DNA of 64,000 nucleotides from Planctomycetota bacterium (GTDB taxonomy: Bacteria; Planctomycetota; B15-G4; JADJEK01): positions 5,346 to 69,345 of the forward strand of contig JBGAIQ010000015.1 of NCBI GenBank assembly GCA_044225365.1, given 5' to 3'. Position 1 is the stretch's first letter, and every line of letters begins with the position of its first letter. A model generated the notes under the pieces. That model was not told the origin of the DNA, did not search any database, and was given only the letters and a program-made list of their open reading frames with translations. The position numbers and the translations under genes are program-made. Positions 9,339-18,080 of the stretch are shown one piece after another.

Positions 9339-10244
9339 TCAACGCGGAGGGTCTCGCCGCGCGTTCGCGACGAGACGCGCAATGCGGGCGATGGCCTTCT
9401 TCGTGCCGGGGTCCTTTGGGTCGCCGACGTCTCCCGCGACGGCGGTGATGGCGACGCGGGTCGTCTTGGAGGAGCTCACGTCTTCGAAGACCGCGGGATC
9501 CGAGCGAATGCGTTCGAGCTCCGCGAGGAACGACTCGGCGCGCGCCCTCTCGGCGGGGGATTCGCAATGGACGATCACGAGTCCCGCGTTTTCGATGCCG
9601 CGGCACGAATCGTGGATCGTCCAGCGCTTGCCGCCTCGACGGGAGTGATGCTCCTCTCGGAGTCCGGCGCGAAGGAGCATTCGCAGGTGCTCTTCGATCG
9701 GAGGAAGGCCCTTGGAGTTCGAGGGCGAACCCGGAAGGCCGAGGAGTTGTCGGACGAGTTCGAACTCCGCGAGGGGGTCCGCTGCGAGTCCTTCCGTCGC
9801 CGAATCTTCGTCGTTCCGTTTGCTTCGACCGGCCGAAGAAGGCTTCCTGAATTCGAGCAGCCTCTCGCCCGGGGCGAGGGGCTTTGCGACGAACACTTCG
9901 AGATCGATCTCCGGAAGCGGACGATCCCCTTCGATGAGGACGCAGTCCGAGTAGTCGAGCATGAAGGGAGCGTCGAAGAAGTCGAAGGTGTCGGCGTTCG
10001 AGAACTCGTAGCGATGGGGATCGCCCTCACGCTGGGGGAGTCGATGGATCTTCGCGCCGCGATCCTTCGATCGCGCGGCGGACTTCTTCGCGATCCGAAT
10101 CGCATGGACGTGCGTCGGAAGGAATCGATCCGTCGCGATCAGGGAGCGCGCGAAGCGATGGGCGAGTGCAGGATCGACGCCAGAGATGTGCAGGATGGGG
10201 CGGAAGGACAAGGCAGTGCTTCCGAAGATGGGATCGATGCGCAC
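9339..10244 (-). CDS. Hypothetical protein, possibly a degenerate P-loop/MobB-like fold
   Basis: Alternating alpha/beta pattern (ILHISG, DCVLIEGD, LEVFVA, LVIVH); no Walker A. Confidence 0.6.
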   Translation of the reverse strand: MRIDPIFGSTALSFRPILHISGVDPALAHRFARSLIATDRFLPTHVHAIRIAKKSAARSKDRGAKIHRLPQREGDPHRYEFSNADTFDFFDAPFMLDYSDCVLIEGDRPLPEIDLEVFVAKPLAPGERLLEFRKPSSAGRSKRNDEDSATEGLAADPLAEFELVRQLLGLPGSPSNSKGLPPIEEHLRMLLRAGLREEHHSRRGGKRWTIHDSCRGIENAGLVIVHCESPAERARAESFLAELERIRSDPAVFEDVSSSKTTRVAITAVAGDVGDPKDPGTKKAIARIARLVANARRDPPR

Positions 10245-10285
10245 AGCGTAGCTTCCTCGTCGCCCGTTCGCATTCCTACGGGACG

Positions 10286-13200
10286 CTATCGCGCCTCGAA
10301 GTGAACGTGGACGTTCGAACTCCCCGCCTCGACCTCCACCGGCTTGCTCGACGTCAGGATCTCCGAGCCGTTTCCTTGCGGCGTGCGGCGCTCGAGGGAG
10401 AGGGTGAACTTGCCGGGAGGCAGATGTTCGCAGCGGAGGCTCGGGGATTTGGGATCGACCGGGAGCGTGCGATAGACCGCGTAGTGCGAATCGTAGGAGT
10501 CGATGACGATGGAGCAGGTTTCGTCGAGTGCGCCCAACTCGGAGGCGACGTCGTAGGTGGCGGTGAGCGTCACGCCCGGGTCGAGATCGATGGTGAGATT
10601 TGCGTCGGACCCGTCGCCGCGGAGGTTCACCGTTGCGTGACCGTAGCCGTGGAGAGGGTGGGTCGCGTAGATGTCGTGTTCGCCGATCTGCCCGAGCGAC
10701 AGCTCGGCTTCGCCGCTGTCCTTCGTCATTCCCGGAATGGCGGACACCGAATTCTGCGCGGTCGAATTCGGACCGCCCTGCGACGCATGCCTGGCAATCG
10801 CGCGCACGGCAGCGCCTGCGATCGGCGCACTAGCTTGCACCACGCGAACCACCAGCGGATGCGATTCGAACTCGAAGTCGAGGGCGCGTTGCTCGCCGGG
10901 TCCGAGTTCGACCTGTTTGCGACTGCGCGGCGTCAGCATCGTTCCTTCCGGCATGTCCACTCCGGCATACACCTCGACCGTGTACGCACCGGGCGGCAGA
11001 TTCTCCGCGCGATAGGTGCCGTCGCTCTCGATCTTCGTGAATCGGCGTAGCGGATTCGGCGAGATCTGCAGGATCGCCGTCTTCATCGGCGCACCGCCTT
11101 CGGTGATCCTGCCGACGAGCGTCGCATTGGTGGCGGCGCCGCTCGGCGCGATCTCGATCGTGATCTCCGTGGTCCTTCCGGCCGCGACCTCGAAGTTGCC
11201 CCGCGCGATGAGTTCGGGCTCGAGCTTGCGGAAATCGGTCGCCGCGCGCGCGGAGAGCGTCGTGAGGTCCTGCGTGAGCAGGTCGGAGACGATCTCGTAC
11301 TCGTAGTTGCCGGGCGCGAGGCCGGAGGCATGCACGTCGCCCGCGGCGTCGCTCGTGACGAAGCGCGGCAGTTCGAGGGAATCGTCCAACTTGCCGGCGC
11401 GCACTCCCGGGAAGATCATCAGTGTGAAGCGCTTCGTGGGAGCGACGCCGGCCGTACGCAGGTGCCCGATGAACGCGCTCGGCGGCTCGAGGACGACGTC
11501 GACGCTCGCCGCGCCGGGTTCGACCTGGATCTCGCTCGCTCCGTACCTTGGATGATCGACGCGCACGCGCATCGCCTGGTCCCCCGGGAGCGCGATGCCG
11601 TCGAGGATGGCGATTCCGCGCACATCGGATCTGGCGAGGGCGAGCGCGGACGGGACCCGAACTCCGAACACGGCCGCCGGGCTCTTCCTCGCGTCGGTCG
11701 TCACCATCGCGGCGACGCTCGCGTGTTCGACGGCGCTCTGCGCGAGCGACTCGCGCACGTGGACCTCGAGGCGCCGGCCCGACGGAATCTCCACGCTCGT
11801 TGCGCCGCCGTCGGCGCTCACGGCGAACGAGAACGAGTACGGACCGAGCGTGGGGTGGTCGGGATCGATCGCTCGCAGCAGTCCGTCGTAGTCTCCGGCG
11901 GCGAGGCCGGTGATCGTGAAGACACCCGGACGATCGCAGCGTAGTGATTTCGAGACGTCGACGAGCGGCGACTGGAACTCGATCACGGAACTCGGCGGGC
12001 GGGCCGGTGAGGCGCGCAGTTCGATCGCGTTCACGAGATGGCCGTCAGCGCGCGTCACGTGGAGTTCGTGCGAGATCGTGCCGGCGAGCTGGATCTCCAC
12101 ATCGTCCGCGACCGATTCGACGATCGTCCAGCTCGCGAGCGATTCGCTGCGCGCGGCGAAGTAGGTCCGGCCCTCCTCCGGAAGTGCGCGCAGGGTGAAG
12201 CGACCGGCGTCATCCGTCGCCGCTTCGTTCGACGTCAGCGCGAACGTCCCGATCCCGCAATCGGTTCCTCCGATCACGATCGCCCGCGCGAGTGGTTTCC
12301 CCTGACCGTCGAGCACGCGGCCGGAAACGGTGCGTCCGGGCGCGATCGCAAGGGTGCCGAAGTCTTCCTTCTTCGTCGCGCCCGCGCCGCGCTTGCCCGT
12401 CGCGGTCGGCCCGAAGGCCGTGGGTGCGAATCGATCGTGGTCGACGAGGAGCGTGACGTTCCCGCCCGCGATCCCGGTCAGCTCGAAACGGCCGTCGCCG
12501 TCCGTCTTCGTCGTGGGGAACGGAAGTCGATCGATGACGCGCTGCGCCCACCGCGGCAGCTCGATCACGCGTTGCCCGTCCGCGCGCAACGAGAGAACGC
12601 GCGATTTCGTCGTGAGCCGTTCGACGCCGAGGCGAGCAATTGGAGCCGGCAGGCACGCGGCGCGAACGCGGGCGTCCGCGACCGGCTTGCCGTCGTCGTC
12701 GACGATCTTCCCCGTGATCCCATGTACCGGACCGAGAACGACGTCGCCGAGGTCCGTCGTCTCGCTCGCGGCGAGCGGAAGGTCGACCATTCGCAACGTC
12801 GCACGCTTGCCGCCGAGATCGATGCCGAGCGCGTGCAGACCTCGCGGGAAGACACCGTCGAATTGGAAGCGACCGCCGCCGTCCGTCTTGGTCTCGCCGA
12901 CGAAGGGGTCGATCGTGGCGTCGCGGAACGCGCCGACGAGATCGTTGATCAGGGACGGAGAGTCGAATTCGACGAGCGCGAGGGTGGTGTTCGCCACCGG
13001 GGAGCCGTCGGCTTCGAGGAGGCGTCCGCGCAGGCCCGCGAGCGCGCGGGTGTACGAAGCCGGCGCGGCCACGCCTGGACTCGTCGGAGGGGAAGGCTCG
13101 GCTGCCACGAGCGAGCGTTCGGGTTCGCTGCGCAAGGGCGTCGGTGCGACGCTCGGTGATTCGGACGCGACGAGCGGCGCGCGCGCGGCATTCGAAGGTG

Positions 13201-14011
13201 CGGCGCCGCCGTCGGACGGATCGGCACCCGTGAAGACGTAGCCGACGGCGGCGAGCGCGATCACGGCGAGCGACAGCAGGATCTTCTTCGACATGAGCCA
13301 TGCTCCGGTCTTCGAGAGCCCCGATGAAGTTGGGGAAAGCGTGGAAAGCGGTGGAAGCGAGTGGCCCGATGTCGCATGACCGAGGACTCGCGCTCGCAGG
13401 CTCGAGAGCACGGCGGCCCGACTCGTCCGCGAGAGCGCGAACAGCGCGAAGGTCGCGGTGAGGCCGCGCGGCAGCGAGCGACGCAGCAAGGAGAGCGCGC
13501 GCTGCAATCGCATTCGCACCGCGCCCGGCGGTCGTCCGATCGACTTCGCGACGTCACTCGCACGTTCGCCGCGCAGGAGCCGCGGAACGACCACTTCGCG
13601 GTAGCTCGCGGGCAAGTGGTCGATCGCGTGGGTGACCGAGGTCCAGACTTCCCGTTCGATGGCGAGGTCGCTCGCGGAGGCTGCGTCGTGCTGCATTGGC
13701 CACGGGTGTGCGCTCATCGCGTTCGAGGACGAAGCGCGCGCGGCGCGGCGGCGCGCGACGAAGACGTGATTCGCGAGGATCCCCGCGAGCCACGGTTCGA
13801 GCGGTCGCGTCGCGTCGAACGTGTCGCGCGATTCGATCGCGGTGAGGAACGTGGCTTGGACGAAGTCCTCGGGCGAATCGACGTCGCGAGCGAGCACGCG
13901 CGCGAGGCGCATGAGATCGGGCGCAACCGTATCGAACACCCGCGCGAGCGCGGCGACGTCGCCGTGCTTGCGGAACTGCTCGAACTCGGCTCTTGGATCG
14001 CTCTCTCGCAT
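10286..14011 (-). CDS. ECF sigma factor fused to a TM segment and extracytoplasmic carboxypeptidase-regulatory-like repeats
   Basis: Sigma2 (EDFVQATFLTAIE...FDATRPLEPWLAGILAN) and sigma4 (LPASYREVV...VAKSIGRPPGAVRMRLQRA); TM ILLSLAVIALAAVGYVF; repeated GxxxDxxGxPV...TDxxGRF units. Confidence 0.9.
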   Translation of the reverse strand: MRESDPRAEFEQFRKHGDVAALARVFDTVAPDLMRLARVLARDVDSPEDFVQATFLTAIESRDTFDATRPLEPWLAGILANHVFVARRRAARASSSNAMSAHPWPMQHDAASASDLAIEREVWTSVTHAIDHLPASYREVVVPRLLRGERASDVAKSIGRPPGAVRMRLQRALSLLRRSLPRGLTATFALFALSRTSRAAVLSSLRARVLGHATSGHSLPPLSTLSPTSSGLSKTGAWLMSKKILLSLAVIALAAVGYVFTGADPSDGGAAPSNAARAPLVASESPSVAPTPLRSEPERSLVAAEPSPPTSPGVAAPASYTRALAGLRGRLLEADGSPVANTTLALVEFDSPSLINDLVGAFRDATIDPFVGETKTDGGGRFQFDGVFPRGLHALGIDLGGKRATLRMVDLPLAASETTDLGDVVLGPVHGITGKIVDDDGKPVADARVRAACLPAPIARLGVERLTTKSRVLSLRADGQRVIELPRWAQRVIDRLPFPTTKTDGDGRFELTGIAGGNVTLLVDHDRFAPTAFGPTATGKRGAGATKKEDFGTLAIAPGRTVSGRVLDGQGKPLARAIVIGGTDCGIGTFALTSNEAATDDAGRFTLRALPEEGRTYFAARSESLASWTIVESVADDVEIQLAGTISHELHVTRADGHLVNAIELRASPARPPSSVIEFQSPLVDVSKSLRCDRPGVFTITGLAAGDYDGLLRAIDPDHPTLGPYSFSFAVSADGGATSVEIPSGRRLEVHVRESLAQSAVEHASVAAMVTTDARKSPAAVFGVRVPSALALARSDVRGIAILDGIALPGDQAMRVRVDHPRYGASEIQVEPGAASVDVVLEPPSAFIGHLRTAGVAPTKRFTLMIFPGVRAGKLDDSLELPRFVTSDAAGDVHASGLAPGNYEYEIVSDLLTQDLTTLSARAATDFRKLEPELIARGNFEVAAGRTTEITIEIAPSGAATNATLVGRITEGGAPMKTAILQISPNPLRRFTKIESDGTYRAENLPPGAYTVEVYAGVDMPEGTMLTPRSRKQVELGPGEQRALDFEFESHPLVVRVVQASAPIAGAAVRAIARHASQGGPNSTAQNSVSAIPGMTKDSGEAELSLGQIGEHDIYATHPLHGYGHATVNLRGDGSDANLTIDLDPGVTLTATYDVASELGALDETCSIVIDSYDSHYAVYRTLPVDPKSPSLRCEHLPPGKFTLSLERRTPQGNGSEILTSSKPVEVEAGSSNVHVHFEAR

Positions 14012-14089
14012 GGTCGTGGGATATGGACGGAAGTCGCGCGAGTGTCACTCGGATTCTCGCGAAATCCCATCGCCCCGCGAGCCCTGATC

Positions 14090-14301
14090 GGACCGCCGCG
14101 CTCCAGCGCGGCATCCATCCCATGGCCGGGCAGAGCCCGGCGGTCCGGTTCCTTGCCGGCGAAGCGTGCTTGGACCGTCGCGCTCCAGCGCGGCATCCAT
14201 CCCATGGCCGGGCAGAGCCCGGCGGTCCGGTTCATTGCCGGCGAAGCGTGCTTGGACCGCCGCGCTCCAGCGCGGCATCCATCCCATGGCCGGGCGAAGC
14301 G
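14090..14301. repeat. REP/BIME-like array, 82-bp period (about 2.5 units)
   Basis: GGACCGYCGCGCTCCAGCGCGGC at 14090, 14172 and 14254, the first two followed by an inverted variant GCCGGGCAGAGCCCGGCGGTCC. Confidence 0.9.
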
Positions 14302-14303
14302 TC

Positions 14304-14473
14304 ATCATGCTCCCGGGACTCTCGACCCACGCGAAGGGCGAACTCACCTTCTCCTCGCCGTGGCCGTGCGGCGTCCCCTCCGGCATCACGATCGAATTCC
14401 AGGCGTTCATCACCGATCCTGCCGCGCAGTTCGGCGTCGGCTCGTCGAACGGCATCAGCGCCACGACGCCTCG
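14304..14473 (+). pseudogene. Relic 3' end of a gene carrying the shared C-terminal domain
   Basis: Reads IMLPGLSTHAKGELTFSSPWPCGVPSGITIEFQAFITDPAAQFGVGSSNGISATTP, then CGA where a TGA would be expected. No upstream gene body. Confidence 0.65.
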
Positions 14474-14581
14474 AGCGCACCTTCGGTTCAGCCGTCGACC
14501 TCCTCACTCCGATAGAGAAATGAGCGCGCGCGTCGTGGTCGGCGGGCGTCGCACGATTCCGGTTCGGAGTGAGGTTTCGTC

Positions 14582-15493
14582 ATGTCGTCGAGAATTCCGT
14601 TCGGTCGTTCTTCACGCTGCCTGTCGTGGGTCCTCGTCGGTGCCGCGCTGCTCGCGTGGGGCGCGCCCGCGTTGCGCGCGGGACAGGCGGCGGGCGCCAC
14701 GGACTCGGCGCAGGTCGCCGTCAAGGCGCTGCTCGCCGCACAGGACCAGGCCCTCTCGGCCTTCAAGAAGGCGACGGATACCGAGGCCGACGCCGTCCGC
14801 ACGCTGATCAAGGGCACCGAACAGGGCCTCGCCTTCGGCGCTGACGGCCCGGCCGCGGTCGGCGACCTGTTCGACGAACTGTCGGCGTTCCAGGCGCTGA
14901 TGCAGACCCACATCGAGGATGCCTGCAAGGCGCAGGCGGACGCGGCGAAGGAAGCGCTCGCGGCGCTCGCGCCGGCGACCGAGGGCCAGTATCCGGCCGC
15001 CTTCTATCCGGGGGACGGCACCCCGACCGACAAGTTCGAGCGCGGGATCGACGAGTACGCCGCGAAGACGTACTCGAAGCTGCATGAGAGGCTCGAGAAG
15101 ACCGTGAAGAAGTTCGAGGCGAAGGGCGTCCACGTCGCATTGCGACTCGATCCGCCGCGGCGGCATCGATTCGAATGGAACAGCCAAACGACGGACTTCT
15201 ACGTCATCCCGGCAGCGAGCATCGATCTCGTCGTCGCGTCGAGCGTGGAGGGGATTGCCGGAGACGGCAAGCTGCGCGTGGCGGGCGCCGCGGGGGTCGC
15301 CAATCCGTTCTTCACGTCCGTCAGCATCGATGCGGTGCAGCTCGCCCCGAACACGAAGCAGCAGACCGTCGTGCCCGCGAACAACCGCTACATCGCGGAC
15401 TTCCAAGGCGCGAGCTTCGACGAGGGAACCTGGCTGATTGGGGTCAGTTATCCCGGGACCGTGCCAGCCGACGAGACGATCGGGATCCGCTAG
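14582..15493 (+). CDS. Secreted hypothetical protein
   Basis: GAGG upstream; signal peptide LSWVLVGAALLAWGAPALRA; helical N-half and beta-rich C-half. Confidence 0.8.
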   Translation: MSSRIPFGRSSRCLSWVLVGAALLAWGAPALRAGQAAGATDSAQVAVKALLAAQDQALSAFKKATDTEADAVRTLIKGTEQGLAFGADGPAAVGDLFDELSAFQALMQTHIEDACKAQADAAKEALAALAPATEGQYPAAFYPGDGTPTDKFERGIDEYAAKTYSKLHERLEKTVKKFEAKGVHVALRLDPPRRHRFEWNSQTTDFYVIPAASIDLVVASSVEGIAGDGKLRVAGAAGVANPFFTSVSIDAVQLAPNTKQQTVVPANNRYIADFQGASFDEGTWLIGVSYPGTVPADETIGIR

Positions 15494-15682
15494 CCGCGGC
15501 GTTCCACGGGCGCGGCTTCGCCCGCCGATCCGCCTGGGATTTCGTCCAATCGCTTGACGAAGGCCGCGGCGCGACAATACATTGCGCGCGTGTTCGGAGG
15601 GTGGCGCCTTCGGCGCGACGAAGAAGCGCGGCGCCATGGCATTCGTCCCTGCGGCGTGGAATTCGGAGGACTCGCAGCAGCG

Positions 15683-16399
15683 ATGCGCGAGCGGCTTCCC
15701 AAGGCAGGCAGAAGAGATGACGATGAAGAACCCAGCGGGTTCGACATCGCGCATCACCTTTTGAAGTCCGTCAAGAACCGCGGCGATCTGGACGAGCGGC
15801 TGAAGGCGGCGGGAGCCGATCCCGAGGCGATCGCCGAGATCTTGATCGAGCATGAACCTTGGATCGACGCGAATCGTCTACTCCATGCGTTGTTCTACTT
15901 GCTCCATCCCCTCGTCGATCGACTGACGCGGGACCATCTCTTGCGCGAGTACTACCTCCTCGACCCGCTCCTCGTCTCGGAGAGCGCGATGGGACGCCTC
16001 TACGGCGACGTCCTCGCCGGGCGGCGCCGCACGCCTCTGCGGGATTGGATCCACAACGTCATCGAGCGATCCACGCGCATCGCCGCGGAGGATCCCGAAC
16101 TCTCGCTCTATCACCCTGAGCCCGGCTCGAATTCGCGCACCCTGATGCTGAGCTACATGTGCGAGGTCGTGAACGGGATGCCGCACGACGTGAGGCGGAT
16201 CGCGTACATGATGTTCGTCGACGGGAAGAAGTACCGACAGATTTCCGAACAATTGGGCCTTCCGCTCGAGCGCTGTGAGATGATCGTTGCACAGCTCACG
16301 ATGGCCGCCGCACGCAAGTACTCCGAAGAGCTGGCGCGAAGGAAAGAGAAGACCGTCGACGATGAGGCCGCAGAAGAGGCTGGAGGCGAACATGGCTGA
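15683..16399 (+). CDS. Divergent ECF-sigma-like protein (sigma4-type HTH)
   Basis: GGAGGA before the ATG. C-terminal VNGMPHDVRRIAYMMFVDGKKYRQISEQLGLPLERCEMIV is sigma70 region 4-like; ESAMGRLY...PLRDWIHNVIERS is weakly sigma2-like. Confidence 0.7.
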   Translation: MRERLPKAGRRDDDEEPSGFDIAHHLLKSVKNRGDLDERLKAAGADPEAIAEILIEHEPWIDANRLLHALFYLLHPLVDRLTRDHLLREYYLLDPLLVSESAMGRLYGDVLAGRRRTPLRDWIHNVIERSTRIAAEDPELSLYHPEPGSNSRTLMLSYMCEVVNGMPHDVRRIAYMMFVDGKKYRQISEQLGLPLERCEMIVAQLTMAAARKYSEELARRKEKTVDDEAAEEAGGEHG

Positions 16400-17408
16400 G
16401 AAGAAGCCGATGTCGAGCTTCTTGCTCGACGCCCCGTTCGATCCCAAGGATCTGGTGCGCGACCTTCCGGAACTCCTCGCGGGCCCGGAGCCGGTCCTCG
16501 ACCACCCGATCGCGCGCCGCATGCTCGTCTCCGACCCCACCTGCCGCGCGGGCATCCAAGCCGTCGCCGAGATGCTCCTCGCCGTCCGCGGCGGCTCCGA
16601 GGCCGTCTCCTCCCTCCGCCGCACCCGCCCTCCCCGCGTCCCCAGGTCGGTGGAGGTGGCGCGGAAGTACCTGAAGGAGGAGTTGTATGGGGTACTCCTT
16701 CGATGGATTGCACCCATTCGACTGGCGAGTGTGGCCGAGAGCTCAAAAGTAGGTCCAGGCTTCTCAATGGACTTCGACCCCGAGCACCTCAAGCGGATGA
16801 CCCGCCAACTCGAACGCGCACGGTCTCGAGGCGGACTCGGATCCGCGTATCAGACGTCGATTGCGCATATTCATGATGCGTTTACGGATTCCGCTTTCGA
16901 TGATGCTGCGCGAGCAATCACTGCTGGCGGGACGCTGTTTCCTAATCGTTCGCTGACTGAACTCAATCGCCTCATTCTTCAGTATCGTTCCAATCGTGGC
17001 GCCTCGGTGGGCGCGTGGCTTGGACTTGCGAAATCGGCTGACGATTCAGAGGTTGTCGGGCATGCCCTGACGTGGGCTGCGGTCACTGCGAGTGACCACG
17101 GCGATCCTCGTCTGGCTCTCGATCTCGATTGCGCTATTGTTGAGCGCTACGAGTCAAAATGGGTCGCTTACTACAACGGATGTTATCATGCTGCGGAAGC
17201 GCGGCGATTTCATGACCTTGCGAGATTCAGCGCTCTGCTCGCAAGTCGCGTTGATGCATCGCTCGCCCCGGACGACATTCAGCGCCCACTTCGAGATCAG
17301 TTCCTTCGTGATGCGGATTTCTGGCGGCAACAGATGAGGACTCAATACGAGTCGATCGAATTGATTTGGAAGGCAGCGACCGGAGAAGCTGTGGGAGATT
17401 TTCCGTGA
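16392..17408 (+). CDS. Hypothetical alpha-helical protein with TPR-like C-terminal half
   Basis: Overlaps the upstream stop and has GGAGG SD. HALTWAAVTASDHGDPRLALDLDCAIVERYESKWVAYYNGCYHA resembles TPR helix pairs. Confidence 0.7.
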   Translation: MAEKKPMSSFLLDAPFDPKDLVRDLPELLAGPEPVLDHPIARRMLVSDPTCRAGIQAVAEMLLAVRGGSEAVSSLRRTRPPRVPRSVEVARKYLKEELYGVLLRWIAPIRLASVAESSKVGPGFSMDFDPEHLKRMTRQLERARSRGGLGSAYQTSIAHIHDAFTDSAFDDAARAITAGGTLFPNRSLTELNRLILQYRSNRGASVGAWLGLAKSADDSEVVGHALTWAAVTASDHGDPRLALDLDCAIVERYESKWVAYYNGCYHAAEARRFHDLARFSALLASRVDASLAPDDIQRPLRDQFLRDADFWRQQMRTQYESIELIWKAATGEAVGDFP

Positions 17409-17626
17409 ACACGAGCGGTAGAACGTCTGGGGCGTCCCGCTCGGCTTGGCGGGCGATTGTATGTTCTGTTTCGGTTCTGTTTCTGATTCCGATACAGCCC
17501 GCAAAAGGAGCGCTACGGGCTGCAGTGAGTGTCTCGCCGACGAACCGAGGTGGTTCTGGGGATCAGCCCGTCGGCCCATCTGGACCTGGGATCGGAACTC
17601 CGCCAACGAAGAAGCCAGTTCCGTGA
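17405..17626 (+). CDS. Small exported peptide A (73 aa)
   Basis: GTG start overlaps the upstream TGA (GTGA); hydrophobic core followed by tail RGGSGDQPVGPSGPGIGTPPTKKPVP; paralogous to the next ORF. Confidence 0.7.
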   Translation: MNTSGRTSGASRSAWRAIVCSVSVLFLIPIQPAKGALRAAVSVSPTNRGGSGDQPVGPSGPGIGTPPTKKPVP

Positions 17627-17647
17627 GGAGCATCAGGAGACTCGCGC

Positions 17648-18022
17648 ATGACTAAGAATTGGTATCCGGAGGATCCCTCGCGTGGCGAGAGGTCAGGCAC
17701 GATCCAACACGTCGGCGTGCGAGTCGGTGAGTCGGGCGGACTGGAAGTGGATCCGGGTGTGCTCGCAGCTACTTCCGAAGGGAATCGGCGTGCGAGGCGG
17801 AACTTGAACTCGCCAGTTGTCGTTTCACCTCGGCGTTCGTGGGTGGCGGTTTCAATGTCGGTTCTCCTTGGCATCGTCTTTGGCATCGGCGAATCGAAGG
17901 GTATGAGTTTTCCGAGTCCTCCTGGGTCGCGCAGGATCGAGTTACGAGGCGGTGCGGGAGATCTGCCTTCCGATCCGGTGTCGCCATCCTCAGTGCCGAC
18001 TACAAAATCACCTGTGCCCTGA
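17648..18022 (+). CDS. Small exported peptide B (124 aa)
   Basis: AGGAG SD; hydrophobic core WVAVSMSVLLGIVFGI followed by tail RGGAGDLPSDPVSPSSVPTTKSPVP. Confidence 0.7.
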   Translation: MTKNWYPEDPSRGERSGTIQHVGVRVGESGGLEVDPGVLAATSEGNRRARRNLNSPVVVSPRRSWVAVSMSVLLGIVFGIGESKGMSFPSPPGSRRIELRGGAGDLPSDPVSPSSVPTTKSPVP

Positions 18023-18080
18023 TTCATGTTCATGGTTCATTGCAGTTGATGGCCCCAGAGGCCGCTAGGGCATTCAGCAT

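Noticed and set aside
14090-14301. CRISPR array
   Set aside because: The sequences between repeats are near-identical rather than unique spacers, and no cas genes are present; it fits REP/BIME.
17405-18022. Classical double-glycine bacteriocin or RiPP cluster
   Set aside because: The leaders are hydrophobic and Sec-like, and no C39 peptidase transporter or modifying enzyme is nearby; kept only as a signalling-peptide hypothesis.
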